The position numbers were made by a program, and so were the translations under genes. 64,000 nt of DNA from Eledone cirrhosa (Eukaryota): positions 33,356,001 to 33,420,000 of the forward strand of contig OZ024744.1 in the NCBI GenBank assembly GCA_964016885.1, written 5' to 3'. This document shows positions 50,454-63,797 of this stretch, piece after piece (the first letter of the stretch is position 1; each line of letters begins with the position of its first letter). A model generated the notes under the pieces. It was not told the DNA's origin, searched no databases, and saw only the letters and a program-made list of their open reading frames with translations.

Positions 50454-50817
50454 ATGTATGTATATGTATGTGTATATATAATTATATATATCTGTATGTA
50501 TATGTATGTGTGTATATAATTGAATTTTATATGCTTCTGTTGTATTTGTGTGTGTATATATATATATATATATATAAAGAATTAAAAAGAACAGAAAGAT
50601 GCAGTAAAATAGATTTATTCGGTTCTTTCTGTTCTTTCTGTTCTTTTTAATTCTTTATACACGCCCCGGAATATAGCTAAACTGGAATATACACCTTTTT
50701 TCTGCATTTCGTTGAGCACCACTCTGTTGTAAGCTGACATTCCACTACACGGTACATAACACTGTGTCCTGGAAAACATTAATGCACTCGTGCATAACAA
50801 ATATATATATATATATA

Positions 50818-50858
<41 letters not shown>

Positions 50859-51384
50859 CTGTGTGTGTGTGTATATATGTATGTGTGTGTGTGTGTGTGT
50901 GTGAGTTTATATATGTGTGTGTGTATATTTATTAAGGTGGTGACGAAACTTTTTGTACATATGTCTGGGTCTGTGTATATATGTATTTTTATATATTTGT
51001 TTATATGTGTATATATATATAAATGCCCCAGAAACGGCTTGAGCTCTGCCGTCGGGGTCATACTTTTTCCTATATGTATATATATATGTATATGAATGTA
51101 TATGTATGTATATGTGTGTGTATATGTATGGTTGTGTGTGTGTATGTGTGTGTGTGTATATATATATATGTATATGTATATATGTATGTGTATGTATATG
51201 CATAATTACATACAGTGATTTAATGCTTATTTTCATTGATCATTTTCTCCAGGAATATTTTGAGTGCTCTAAATCAGCTATAAACATTTATACCCTTTTC
51301 TAATTATTTATTTATTTATTATTTGTCGTATTCCCAACTATTTGTTTACCCCTTTCACCTTTTTATTTTTATATATATATAATA

Positions 51385-52852
51385 TTTCAAGCTGTGACAC
51401 GCCGCCCAGGCCTTGCCCTTCCTCTCAACCACATCATCTTCCGTATTCCCAATCTTTGCTCCCAAATACAGGAAGTCCTCAACCAATTCCAGCGGCTTCC
51501 CGCCTACATTAGTGATCCCCTCTGGCTTCTCAACATTCTCTACCAGATATTTTGTTTTAGTCTCATTCATTCTCAGCCCCACACTCATCGACACAGTCTC
51601 AACCTCCCGCATCAAATCCTCTGCCTCCTTCACTGTATTTGTCACCAGAACTATGTCGTCGGCAAATTCAGCATCCGATACCTTTTTCGCCCCAACTCTC
51701 CTGCTCTGAGCCGGTGCTACAGCAAAGCCAGAGTCCTGGTGTTTCTCCAGTGCAAGGCGCATACAATAGTCCACTACGATGATAAAAAGGTAGGGAGCCA
51801 ATGTATCTCCCAGGAGCACTCCAGCCAGTATCTCAAAGAACTCTGTCATCCCATCAGGTGTAATGACTTGGGCTTTGGTGTTGGTGTAGAGCAGTGATAT
51901 CAGGTCCACTATCCTCTTGGGGATTCCATAAGCCTGTAAGATCTTCATCAGCCAGTAACGGTCCACAGAATCAAAGGCCTTCCTAAAGTCAATGAAAACC
52001 ATGACCGCAGGAAGTCACTTTGCTCTAGCTCCCTCTAATATCCTCCTCAGCATCAGGATGTGACTGGTGGTTGATCTACCCTCTCTGAAGCCGTTCTGGT
52101 TGTCCCTGAGCTTCTTCTCCATCTCAGGCTGGATCCTGTTAAGAATCATCCTGTTGAGGGTCTTTCCCACAAGTGACGTCAGTGAGATCCCCCGGTAGTT
52201 GTTGGTGTTAGAGAGATCTCCCTTCTTTGGCACTGGGACGATGTTACTGATCCTCCACTGATTCGGGGTAACTCCTTTCTCCAGTGCCCCGTTACAGAAC
52301 CCCAGGATGATATCATCAAAATCACACCTCTTCATCACCTCTGATGCCACTCTAGCTTGAGATCGGTGTGGAAGTCGGACCTTCGTAGAGACCTGAAAAT
52401 CCGCCTCTTCATTGCTGTAGTGGAGTCTGTGCTGCTGTGTGGGTCTGAGACTTGGACACTGACCAAGAGACTCACTCAGATGGTGGATGGGTGCTACACG
52501 AGAATGCTGAGGATGGCTCTGAACATTAATCAGTATACACTGAGGATGAAAAACTCAGAGCTGTATGGGAGCATCCCAAAAGTCAGCTCAAAAGTGACAC
52601 AGAGGAGACTGAGGTTGGCTGGACATGCTCACCGACATCCAGAGTTGACATTGCACTCAGTGCTCCTTTGGGAGCCCCTACATGGACACACTAGAAGAGG
52701 AAGACCAAGGTTAACATATGTTGATGCCATAAGGACAGACACTGGTCTGTTGGAGATGCAGGATATGGCAGCGATAATGAGGGACAGAGACCGCTGGAGA
52801 GAACTCGTCCATGGATCTCGGGAATTTTACCCGCCTTAGATAGATAGATAGA
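51385..52852. mobile_element. RTE-like LINE with 5' inversion (minus 51385-52354; plus 52354-52852) and (TAGA)n tail
   Basis: The minus part encodes PVPKKGD, NYRGISL, QNGFR, FIDFRKAFDSV, GDTLAPYLF, FADD ... KAWAACHSL. The plus part resumes at SLRSVWKS..LLCGSETW. Confidence 0.92.
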
Positions 52853-53435
52853 TATAATATTTATGTATTTTCTTATATATATATGTGTGTGTGTGTATAT
52901 GTATGTATATATATATGTATATATATGTATGTATATAAATATATTTAAGAGTGAAACAAGGTTCAATGAATACATCTAAGAATGAGTTTTACACACATAC
53001 ATATGTGTGTGTAAGTATTTATATGTATGTATATATATATATATATGTGTGTGTATGTATGTGTATGTGTTTGTATGTGTATTTGTATATGTATGTGTAT
53101 GTATGTGTGTGTGTATGTATTTATTTATATGTATGTATGTGTATGTGCAATTGTGTGTTTTGCTTACCACGTGTGTTTGTTCAATTATTTGTTGCCTGTA
53201 TCGCTGTCAACTTTATAATAATTTTTACATTTATTTTTATTCTTATGTGACGGTATTTTTATTATTATATTTGTTCTTATAATTATTTGTGTGTGTGCGT
53301 ATGTAGGTGTGTGTACATATATCTATATTTGTGCATGCGTATGTATGCGTGTATATATGTGTATGTATGTGTATGTATGTACGTGTGTATATATGTATGA
53401 TTGTGTGTATGTATGTATATATATAGAGAGAGAGA

Positions 53436-53482
<47 letters not shown>

Positions 53483-53753
53483 GTTTGTGTGTGTTTGTGT
53501 ATTTGTGTGTATGTGTGTGTATGGATATGTTGATATATATGCGTGTATGTATATGTATATGTATGTGTATTTGTACGTGTATGTATATGTGTATGTATGT
53601 ATATATATATATATGTGTGTATATGTATGTATATATATGTGTGTGTGTGCATGTGTGTTTATTTTTCCTTTCCTTCTTCCTTTTCCAGCCTCATATTCAT
53701 ATAGGTTATATTTTTGTTTTTACAATCCAATGTCAATAAATACACCAGGATTT

Positions 53754-53815
53754 TTTCATTCTGATGATTGAAAGCGAAAATGTGTTTGTTTTCAAGAAAC
53801 CACTGGTAAATGAAA
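53754..53815 (+). ncRNA. Type I hammerhead ribozyme
   Basis: TTTCATT-CTGATGA-TTGAAAGCGAA aatgtg TTTGTTTTCAA-GAAA-ccactgg-TA-AATGAAA. Confidence 0.85.
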
Positions 53816-54015
53816 TAATTATCTTATGTTGTTTATTACATAACTATATATATAGTAGTAATAATATTTATACGTATATATGTTTAATATGCAATTATAA
53901 ATAGGAACTAGCCGGTTACCGGTATGAAAATAGGCTGAATGCAAATTATCAAGTGTTTTACAGAGCCGATATACAAAGTCTTAAAACAATCAAATCTTAG
54001 TTTAATACATTTATT

Positions 54016-54062
54016 TGCTGACAATTGTTTCTTCCAGAGTGAAGTCTGGATTCATCGGAGCA
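54016..54062 (-). ncRNA. Type I hammerhead, core variant CCGAUGA
   Basis: Minus: TGCT-CCGATGA-aTCCAGA cttcac TCTGGAa-GAAA-caattg-TC-AGCA. Confidence 0.7.
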
Positions 54063-54525
54063 TAGGGAATGTCTGAACAGGTGATTAAAATCCTAGTCAT
54101 TTAGAAAATTTAGGTAGATACATAAGAGTTGTTAGTGTGCTAGACATCATGTATAGTATCAGGAGTTAAAAAGATGTTATTGAGAGAACACAATTACAAG
54201 GAGCAATGGTTGAAAGTGTAAGAGGTACAAGCAAAAAAATACAGGCAAAAAAAAGTAGCAAGCAAGGAAAAATGAAAGATAGGATAGACATAAGATATAA
54301 GATTTAAAGTATCCTAGCTTTGGAGATAAGGTAATGTTAGGGGTATACAATGCAGGAGTCAATAAAATCAATAAGGCATGTATGAGGAAAGAGTTTTATT
54401 ACAGCTGAAATAAGCATATTTCGTGTAGAATATTAAAGATGTTTAAAATGGCGTGCTATGTGGTAGTGAGAGATGTGGTGATTCTCGACTGTTTTCAAGT
54501 CCAGCAGTAGCAAGCGGTGGGAGGG

Positions 54526-54569
54526 ACCGTCCTGAAGAAGACCAGTTAAGCCTGAAATGCATAGACGGT
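54526..54569 (+). ncRNA. Type I hammerhead ribozyme with extended stem I
   Basis: ACCGTC-CTGAAGA-agaccagttaagcct-GAAA-tgca-TA-GACGGT. The flanks GTCCAGCAGTAGCA / TGCTTCTGCTGGAC also pair. Confidence 0.78.
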
Positions 54570-54716
54570 TGACCCCCCTGCTTCTGCTGGACACCACCAG
54601 AGGGCGTTAGTCCCCGGTGATTGCATAGCTACGGCTTCCTAAAACGGTGTTTCTTCAGAAATACGAAATTTCTATACATTTTTGTATAAAGGTATGCTTG
54701 AAGCGAAATCTTATTT

Positions 54717-54789
<73 letters not shown>

Positions 54790-54792
<3 letters not shown>

Positions 54793-57572
54793 ACAAAAGA
54801 TGGTTAAAAGAGTTCCATGTATTTTATTATGCGCATTTCAAAAACAAATATCATCATGCAATAATATTTGTGTTTTCATCAGATAAAATAGGAAGACATG
54901 ATATGAAGGTTAAAAAACACTTGAGAGTAAAAAGTGGAGAGGGAGGAGAATAATGAGGAAGGATGAGATAGGAGGAGAGATGGGTGATAGAGAGAGAGAT
55001 AGCTTTTATAACTGAGAAAAATATATTGTTTTACATAGAGAGGTTGAAAAACCGTTGGAATATAATGTATAAATTAAAAGAATTTGAAAATTAAGGAAGA
55101 GAAAAATAATGTAAAGTTAAGGTTTGTATATAATATGTACGATGAAAAGAAAATGTTAATATGTATTAAGAATAATATTTAAGGGTTTAATAATATGTGC
55201 GATGGAAAGATACTGTTAATATGTATTAAGAATAATATTTAAGGGTTTAATAATATGTGCGATGGAAAGAAAATGTTGATATGTATTATTAAAAAGAACA
55301 ACAAGTAATGTACGTAAGGATATATTGTGAGATGAGCATGAGTAAGTTAGATGAAAGGGAGAATAAAATAATGAATTGAGGATGAATAATCTAACGTCAA
55401 AAAATGTTTATGTTTACGAAGGATTTTTGCAAGGTAATATGAAGTAAGAATGTATTGTATTGTGTCATAATTGTTTCTATGTTAGGCAACAGTGAGAAAA
55501 GGTACAGATTAGGAGTTAGACATTAAAAGAAAAAGAGAAGAAAGGGAAAATGAAGAAAGGGAAGTGATAAATAGGAGTGATATAGAATGAGTAACAAGTA
55601 TTATATAATGTATAATAAATAACTTTGAAATAAGGTAGAAAGATGGGTATATTTTTAAAGAAGTATATATATATATATATATATGTGCCTTTAAGAAAAA
55701 GATTCTAAATTGATAAAGTTTTGGATATTAGCTGTATACTTTGTGGAATGTTTTGTGGAATTTATGCAAGCAGAGAGAAAACAAGTCAGTGCGTCTATTT
55801 ATTATAGAATCTAAATTAGATATAATGGTAAATTTTTCATTTAGCCTCTGAGATTATGTCAAAACTTGGCATCGAAAAAAAGACCGAACCATTCCTCCCA
55901 AGAACTCCGAGGATAAATCTCAAGGATGACAAAAACAATTTTCGCACTGAACTACCTGTTAGATTAATCGCCCCCTCTAAATCAGATCTGGGGGTTGTTA
56001 GTAAAGCCATCTTGGATAGAATTATCCCACAGGTTCGTTCTAATTGCTCTTCTTTGAACTTAAATTTATGGTTTGGTACTTCTGAAGTGATTGGCTGGTT
56101 CAACAAATTGAATAATAAAAACAAACTAAAATTTGTTCAATATTGCCAGCTACTATTCTTCTATTTCGCCTTCACTTCTCAATAATGCTCTATCTTTCGC
56201 ACTTAAATATTCTGACATCACCACAGATGAACTTCACATCATTCTCACCGCACGTAAAACCATCCTAGAGTTCAACAATGAATATTGGACCAGAGCCGAT
56301 ACCTCTAACAACTTCGACACCCGATTCATCCCAATTGACAGATTTAATTGGTATCTTTATTTTGAACTCTTTGAGTCGGAAAATTCCTCAACTTCGCGGT
56401 GGAATTTATCGTGACGATGGACTCTTTACTATCTTAAATTGCAACATAGTTAACCTTAATATTATTAAGAACAATATACGTAATCTCTTTAACCAACATA
56501 ACCTAAAAATTGAATTTGATAACAGCATCAAACTAGCTAATTTCTTGGATGTATCTCTTAATCTTGACACTGGCCTATATTACCCTTACCATAAAAACAA
56601 TGAGAACCTAAATTATGTTAATTTTAAATCTAACCATCCTACTAATATCAAGAATGCTATAGTTAGTAATATTGGAAAAAGAATATCTAACCTATCTTCT
56701 AATAAAAACATCTTTGATGCTAACGCCAATTACTATAATAACGCGCTTTCTAAAGCCGGTTATCCTGATAAAATCAAATATAGTAAAGAAACAAATTCTA
56801 GAAGATCTTACAGTAGAATAATTAATCATGATCATTCCAATAACTTTAATAAAAGACCTAGATACAAAAACATAATCTGGTATAATGCTCCTTTCTCCAT
56901 CTCTATTAATAATAATATTCCTAAATTATTCTTTAGTGCCTTAAATAAATGCTTCCCTCCCTCACATATCTATAGTAAAATATTTAACAAACACACTATA
57001 AAATGTTCCTATTCGACATCCTCCAACATTTCCAACATTATCTCTAAACACAACAATAAAATACTAAATACTAAATCTCTTCCTTCCAACACTGAATATC
57101 ATAATAATAGTAATAGTACTCCCGACGTCATTGTAAACCCTAGGCTAATTTCTGCAAACCCAAATACAACGTCAAACAACTTCGCTAAATGTTCTTAATC
57201 CCATTCTAAATCAAGAAACTATTATTCCTATCGCAAATAACTTCTCCAATCCAATTCCTTCTATAGATAACACTAGGTCACTCGTTAATAATCTATTTAA
57301 TCGCAATTGCAATTGCCCTGTTAAAAATAAATGTCCTCTCAACAACCATTGTCTTGATAAAAACTTAATTTACGAATGTAAAGTTATAACTGACACCAAT
57401 TCCTTCACCTATTTTGGCTCCACTTCCACCTCCTTTAAAGCACGTCTTTGTAACCATCATTCGTCTTTTAAATACAAACTTAAAAGAACCAACACGGCTC
57501 TCTCAGAACTCATATGGTCCTTGAAAGACAAAAATATTAAATATAGCATCTTTTGGAAAAAGGTTTCTTCTG
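54790..57572. mobile_element. 5'-truncated Naiad-type PLE (plus ORF remnants 55840-57572) preceded by an inverted Naiad 3' end/pLTR (minus 54790-55838) with a hammerhead at 54822-54888
   Basis: Plus: KTEPFL..VRLIAPSKSDLG, IYRDDGL, WYNAPF, CNCPVKNKCPL..IYEC..YFGST..FKAR. Minus 55838->55730 reads EKFTIISNLDSIINRRTDLFSLCLHKFHKTF (Naiad C-terminus). The hammerhead matches 12625-12691. Confidence 0.85.
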
Positions 57573-57970
57573 CGTATGTGTGTGTGTGTGTATATATGTG
57601 TGTGTGTGTGTTCGTGGGTATGTGTGTGTTTATGTATATATGCGTGTGTGTGTATGAATGTATGTATATGTGTGTATATATGTGTGTATATATGTATGTA
57701 TATGTATGTATATGTATGTATATTTTGTCTGTGGATTATAAACATACAGAGACATTAGCCCTGAATTTTTATATTTACATACACTTTTTCGACATGCGTA
57801 TACATGTGAACATACATTTTTATGCATATCTGTGAACGAAGTTACTTGCATATATACACACACCTAACTGTATTTTCTTGATGAATGTTTATGTATTTCA
57901 TTGGTCTATTTAAAATCTATTCCCAAACAGACCTGTAATTTTGAATTGTTGTTATTATCAATAAATATAC

Positions 57971-58113
57971 TTCATTATTTCTGAAGACAGCAAATATATG
58001 TGTTGGTATGTATATTCTCTTTGATAGTTTGTATAATTTTGTACATAGATCTTTTGAATATGCATGCCAATTCTAACACATATATGTCCTAGAAACGATC
58101 GTTAAATAATGAA
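57971..58113 (+). ncRNA. Type I hammerhead with ~104 nt stem II expansion
   Basis: TTCATTATTT-CTGAAGA-(104 nt, including ATATATGTGTTGG..CTAACACATATAT pairing)-GAAA-cgatcg-TT-AAATAATGAA; perfect 10 bp stem I. Confidence 0.72.
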
Positions 58114-58163
58114 CTTTTTTTGTTTAATATAAGGAACTGTTTCATTGTTTTATTCATTATTTT

Positions 58164-58247
<84 letters not shown>

Positions 58248-58274
58248 AAAGTGAATAACACAAATTATAATTGC

Positions 58275-58342
58275 TCCATTACCAAACGTTTCTGGATCCC
58301 AGACAATAATTAATATATGTCTGGATCGGTCATCAGACAAGC
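58275..58342 (-). ncRNA. Probable type I hammerhead (weak stem I)
   Basis: Minus: gcttgt-CTGATGA-ccgatCCAGACA..TGTCTGGgatcca-GAAA-cgtttgg-TA-atggagc. Confidence 0.55.
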
Positions 58343-58406
58343 TCTGTTTTATATATAGAACACTCTTTTTTCCTTTGCCTTTCCTTCGGAATTATCTAAC
58401 ACACAT

Positions 58407-58451
<45 letters not shown>

Positions 58452-58639
58452 CATGTGTGTGTATGTGAGTGTGTGTGTGTGTGTATTTATGTGTGTATAT
58501 GTGTGTATCTATTTGTGTATCTCTATGTGTGTGAGCGTGCGTGTGTACGTATCTATATACATACAACTTACGCAATTCGCGCAAACAGGTTCATTCAGAG
58601 AACATACAAACGCATGCAGGTGTATACGTATAATATATA

Positions 58640-58670
<31 letters not shown>

Positions 58671-58810
58671 TTATGAACGTGCATATGTATATATATATAT
58701 ATATATATAAATATATATATATATGTGTGTGTGTGTCTTCATGTGTGTATATATATAGATACTACTGTACGTCTGTATACATATATGTATGTACGTATAC
58801 ATACATACAT

Positions 58811-58877
<67 letters not shown>

Positions 58878-58944
58878 GTATATATGTATGTGTGTATGCA
58901 TGTATACGTGAATGTGTATTTGTCTATTTGTGTGTTTGTGAGTT

Positions 58945-58984
<40 letters not shown>

Positions 58985-59009
58985 TGCGTGCGTGCGTGCG
59001 TGCGTGCGT

Positions 59010-59062
<53 letters not shown>

Positions 59063-59077
59063 TGTGAGACTATGTGA

Positions 59078-59128
<51 letters not shown>

Positions 59129-59143
59129 TGTGAGACTATGTGA

Positions 59144-59200
<57 letters not shown>

Positions 59201-59370
59201 TGTGTGTGTGTTTCTTTGAAATTTCAAACAATGAAGATGTTATCTGCTGTGGTTTCCATTCAGTTCATAATTCAAATTAATTGACCGAATTAAAACTATT
59301 TTAAGGTTAGGTCACATCAATGAACCTCCTTGTTTGAATCAAACGCACAAACACACATATGTATATTTAC

Positions 59371-59401
<31 letters not shown>

Positions 59402-59435
59402 CATGTATATGTATATATATATATATATATACATG

Positions 59436-59467
<32 letters not shown>

Positions 59468-59626
59468 TGTATATATTTATATATATATGTGTGTATGTGT
59501 GTGTATATATATATATAAATGCATATATGCATTGTATATATGTGTGTATGCATGTATATATACAACGGATATAACTATATATAGGTAAAAAGTAAAAGTG
59601 AAAAGACGTAGAGGTATATATTGAAA

Positions 59627-62600
59627 TTATTATTATTATTACAGTTACATTTATCTTGCTTTATGTTCATACGAGTTATCACCAAGTCACAACCAGTGAC
59701 CTCAAGAGACAACAAGGCCCGCCATGTTCAAGAAAGAACATACATACTCACACATGCATCCTTAGTGTTTAGACTTGTGATGTACTTATATTGACAGAAT
59801 CTTCCTTAGTATATGGGCAGTTCCCATTAGTACTATCTTTTGTATTTCTCCTATACGCGGGTTTCCTGGGATTTGCGATAAGTAATCATTAGACCCCTTA
59901 GGTATCATTCCCAGAGCGCCTACAACCACTGGTATTGTTTTAGTTCTCAATTTCCACATTTTTCCAATTTCTATCTCCAAGTCCTTATACTTGCTCAATT
60001 TTTCAAATGTTTTTATAGATAGATTCTTGTCTATTGGAACGGACATATCAATTAGCAGGCATACCCTCTTTTTAAAGTCCTTCAATATTATATCAGGTCG
60101 ATTTGCATCTATTTTTCGGTCTGTTTGGATGCTAAAGTTCCACAAGATTGAGATGAGATCTTTTTCAAGTATGGGAGGTGGTTGATGCTCCCACCAATTC
60201 TTTTGATGGGGCAGGTCAAAATGCTTACACATTATCCAATGTATGTATTGTGCAGCTCTGTCATGCCTGTTTAGGTATTCGGTTGGAGCTATAGAACTGC
60301 ACATTGAAATTATATGGACAATGGTCTCTGTTTGTTTTTTGCATACACGGCATAATGGGCTGCACCCATTTTTTATTATGTTGGCTTGGTAATTTTTTGT
60401 TGGCAGACACTGATCTTGTGCTGATATAATCAGTCCTTCAGTCTCCGATTTCAGTCCAGAGGATGCCAACCACTGATGGGTTAAAGTTTTGTCAACATCA
60501 GGATTGTTAGCTCGTTCTGGGTATTTTCCATACAGAGGCTTTTCTTACCATTTCTTAGCCAGTTTCTGTAGCAGTTCTTTCTTTGCAGTTACTTTTACCT
60601 ACTTTGCTTTTTCTGTGTTTTCCATTTCAGCAGTAAATGGGACTTCTGAAATTTGTAGTCCATTACTGTATCTTTGTGCATCTTTTGTAATGGAATATGA
60701 TCTTTTTATGCTTTCGTGTTTCAAAACGAGTTTGATCATCCAATCATGTGATTCCCTTAGATATGTAGATAATCCAATTGTTCCAGTTTTCAACGCAATG
60801 TCTAACTGGATTAACCCACGTCCTCCTTCTTTCCTAGGGAGATATATTCTATCTATATCTGCCTTAGGGTGATGCATTCTGTGCATGGTTAAGAATTTTC
60901 TAATTTTTGTATCGAGCCTACGTATCTCTGTGCTTGACCAGTTGATGACATTGTAACTGTAGGTTACTACTGGTATGGCAAGCGTGTTTATGGCATCGAT
61001 CCTATTCCTTGCATTCAATTCCGTTCTTAAGATTGCTCTTACTCTGCGGTAACATTCCTTCCTTATCCTTTCCCTCATTGTCGAGTGCTTGATTCCGTCT
61101 CCTTCACAAACACCTAGATATTTGTGAGTTTTTTCTTGATCAAGTTCTCTTATCACGTTTCCCCGATCAAGATTAATGTCTGAACTCTTCAGCAGCTTTC
61201 CTCTGGTGAACGTTGCTTTGGCGCATTTATCTAGTCCAAACTCCATTTTAATGTCATCACTGAACTGCTCCACAGTGGATAATAGCCCTTGCAATTGTTC
61301 ATCATTTTTTGCAAATAGTTTCAGGACATCCATGTAGAACAAGTGATTAATGGTTTTGTCATAGACTTTATATCCATGTTTTGTTTCATTGAGCATTTTA
61401 CTTAATGGTATAAGTGCGATGCAAAATAAAAGCGGTGATAAAGAGTCACCCTGCAAAATTCCACAATTAATATTAACTTCTCCAGCTTCCAGTGATTTTG
61501 TTTCACTATTCAAAAGGAGTGTCGTTTTCCATGTCTTCATACTGAATGACAAAAACCTCCTGACAACGAGGGATATTTTGAAAATCTCTAAACATTTTTC
61601 AATCCAACTGTGTGGCAAACTATGGAATGCTTTTTTATAATCTATCCAAGCCATTGATAGGTTTTTGTGTCTATTATGACAATCTTCCAGTATCAGTTTG
61701 TTAAACAAAAGCTGATCCTTACAGCCATATGAGCCTCGTTTACACCCTTTCTTCTCAATGGTAAATAGGTCATTTGTTATCAGGTGGTCATATGTGTATC
61801 CAGTTAGGACTGATGTTAAAATTTTATACATTGTGGTCAAGCAAGTTATCGGTCTGTAATTTTTGGGATTGTTTGTCTCATCATTCTTCGGAAGCAGGAA
61901 TGTAATGCCGTTAACTAGCCATGATGGTATCTTTTCTGGCTCCTTAACTATTTCATTGTAAAGTTGGGCTAACAGCTCATGAGACTCTGTGAAGGCATTT
62001 ATCCAAACATTTTGTATTTTGTCTTTTCCTGGGGATTTCCATTTGCTGGTTTTTCTTAGAGCCAAGCTCAACTGTTCAACTGATTTTTCAATTTTCTAAG
62101 TTTAGTTTGTTTAACATGTTCACCTACTTTATAGTTTGTTAAAATTTCTATGTCAGATCGGAGAAGGTTTATTTGGCGATTGATGTTCTCTTGCCAAGTA
62201 GATTTCTTGTGTGAATTCCTTTGTTTTTTCATCTTCACTCCACATAAGTGAGTGGTGACTTTAGCCGATGCATAATAGAGATGATTTAAATCAGTAATGT
62301 TTAGTTTGTTTGTGATGATAATGTTTTTGAGAATTATGTTAGTCTTGTGTATTATCTTTTGGTTCTGTTTGGAGTTCTGGATCTTAGGGAGGGTGTCTCG
62401 TTGCCCCATGTCAGATTCTTTCATTTTCATCCATTCGATCATAATTTCATCCTTCGAGTTGGCAAGTTCATTCTCATTCATTTCTTTATCATTTACAATC
62501 TCATTGTTTTCATTTTGATTTTCATCTTGAGTGTTGTTACATTCGAAGTGTTACAATTTACCTCGTTTTCACTGACACATGTTTCATTTCCCCTTCGCTG

Positions 62601-63190
62601 ACTTTGTGCTAATATATCAGTTAGTAACTTTTTTTTTACAATATTTCTTCGTATATTGTCTAGTTTGTTACTGTCAATATAGCCTCTGTTTTCGGGATGT
62701 TTCTTTTTCCAGTTGATATATGTCTGTTCTGTATTCGATGTATTTGATGGGTAGTACATGGCAGTGTAGAAAGCCTCAAGGACTTCTTTATTATCTTCCC
62801 TTGACCATTTTTCTCTCTTTTTCTTTGGATTTCTTGGTGGTGAGCATGGAGGGCCAACAGTAGGTGTATTCCGCTTATGGGAGGTCTCCAGCTCCGAAGT
62901 GATGGGAAGGTTTGAACCATTAGCTGATTTTTCGACCCCAGTCTGGTTCCTCTCTGAGGGACGCGGCCCGTTTTTACCCGGGTGACGGCCGATCCGGTAT
63001 GAGATTTCATCATTAGACATTTACTTTATTTTGTCGCGTTTTATCCTTATCCGCCAAGGGGTAATCATTTCGTGTTACCACTTCTAGAACGAGTGTCAAC
63101 CAAGACTAGAGGGGTCGTTCTCCCCTAGAGACACGGCTATTCCCCGCCGGCCGCCATCCCGGTATTTCTTGGTCACGGCGTTTTCTTTTT
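59627..63190 (-). mobile_element. R4/Dong-type non-LTR retrotransposon (RT + CCHC + restriction-like endonuclease); near full length but disrupted, ending in (TAA)n
   Basis: ORF pieces 63020->59786: REKWSREDN, KSPGKD, NYRPITCL, GCKDQL, WIDYKKAF, GILQGDSLSP, YMDV (YMDD mutated), CRVC..ETIVHI..C, RHD, NRPDI..IDMSVP..EKLSKY. Apparent internal deletion near 62070. Confidence 0.92.
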
Positions 63191-63655
63191 TGTTGTTTTT
63201 TTAAATTGTTATTATCCTGAGTGGTTCCTTAATGTGAGCATTGCGTGGCTTAAGAATGAAATTATTAATAATAATAATTGTCTCCACTCCAGGCACAAGG
63301 CCAGCAATCACCCAGTGCATTACAATAATATAATATACTTTTTGTGAAGTTGTCTGTTATTGTTGTTGGCTATGTCGGTGGTGGTGCTGGGGCTTTTTAT
63401 ATTGTTGGTGAGGAAGGGGGGAGCCAGCAGTGCCATAGTTGTTGACGTTTGGCCGGTGGCCAGGTCACTAAGTCAATCTATTTATATCTTTTGCTAGCCT
63501 CTCCCTTGTCTAGTGATACCGCCACCTTCCCCTTTCTTAAGTTAACAGGGGAATAGTGGTGGTAGCAATAAAGGAGTGGTAGCGGCGGTGATAGGGTAGT
63601 GGTAGCAATGATGGATGGAGTGGTTGCGGCGGTGGCGTTGTCGTTACTGAGTTTT

Positions 63656-63797
63656 GTTGAATGGACTAGTTTTTTTTTTTTATATGTAGTATCTATGCGT
63701 TTGTGTCGCGTATGTTTAATATCTGTGTTGAATAGACTAGTTTTGTTTGATTTGTAGTATATATGCGTTTGTGTCGCGTATGTTTAATATATGTGTT
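63656..63797. repeat. ~70 bp tandem duplication
   Basis: TGTTGAAT.GACTAGTTTT...GTAGTAT.TATGCGTTTGTGTCGCGTATGTTTAATAT occurs twice. Confidence 0.85.

Noticed and set aside
54594-54606. CCACCAGAGGGCG CTCF-like motif
   Set aside because: A single short match inside probable repeat DNA; cannot be supported from sequence alone.
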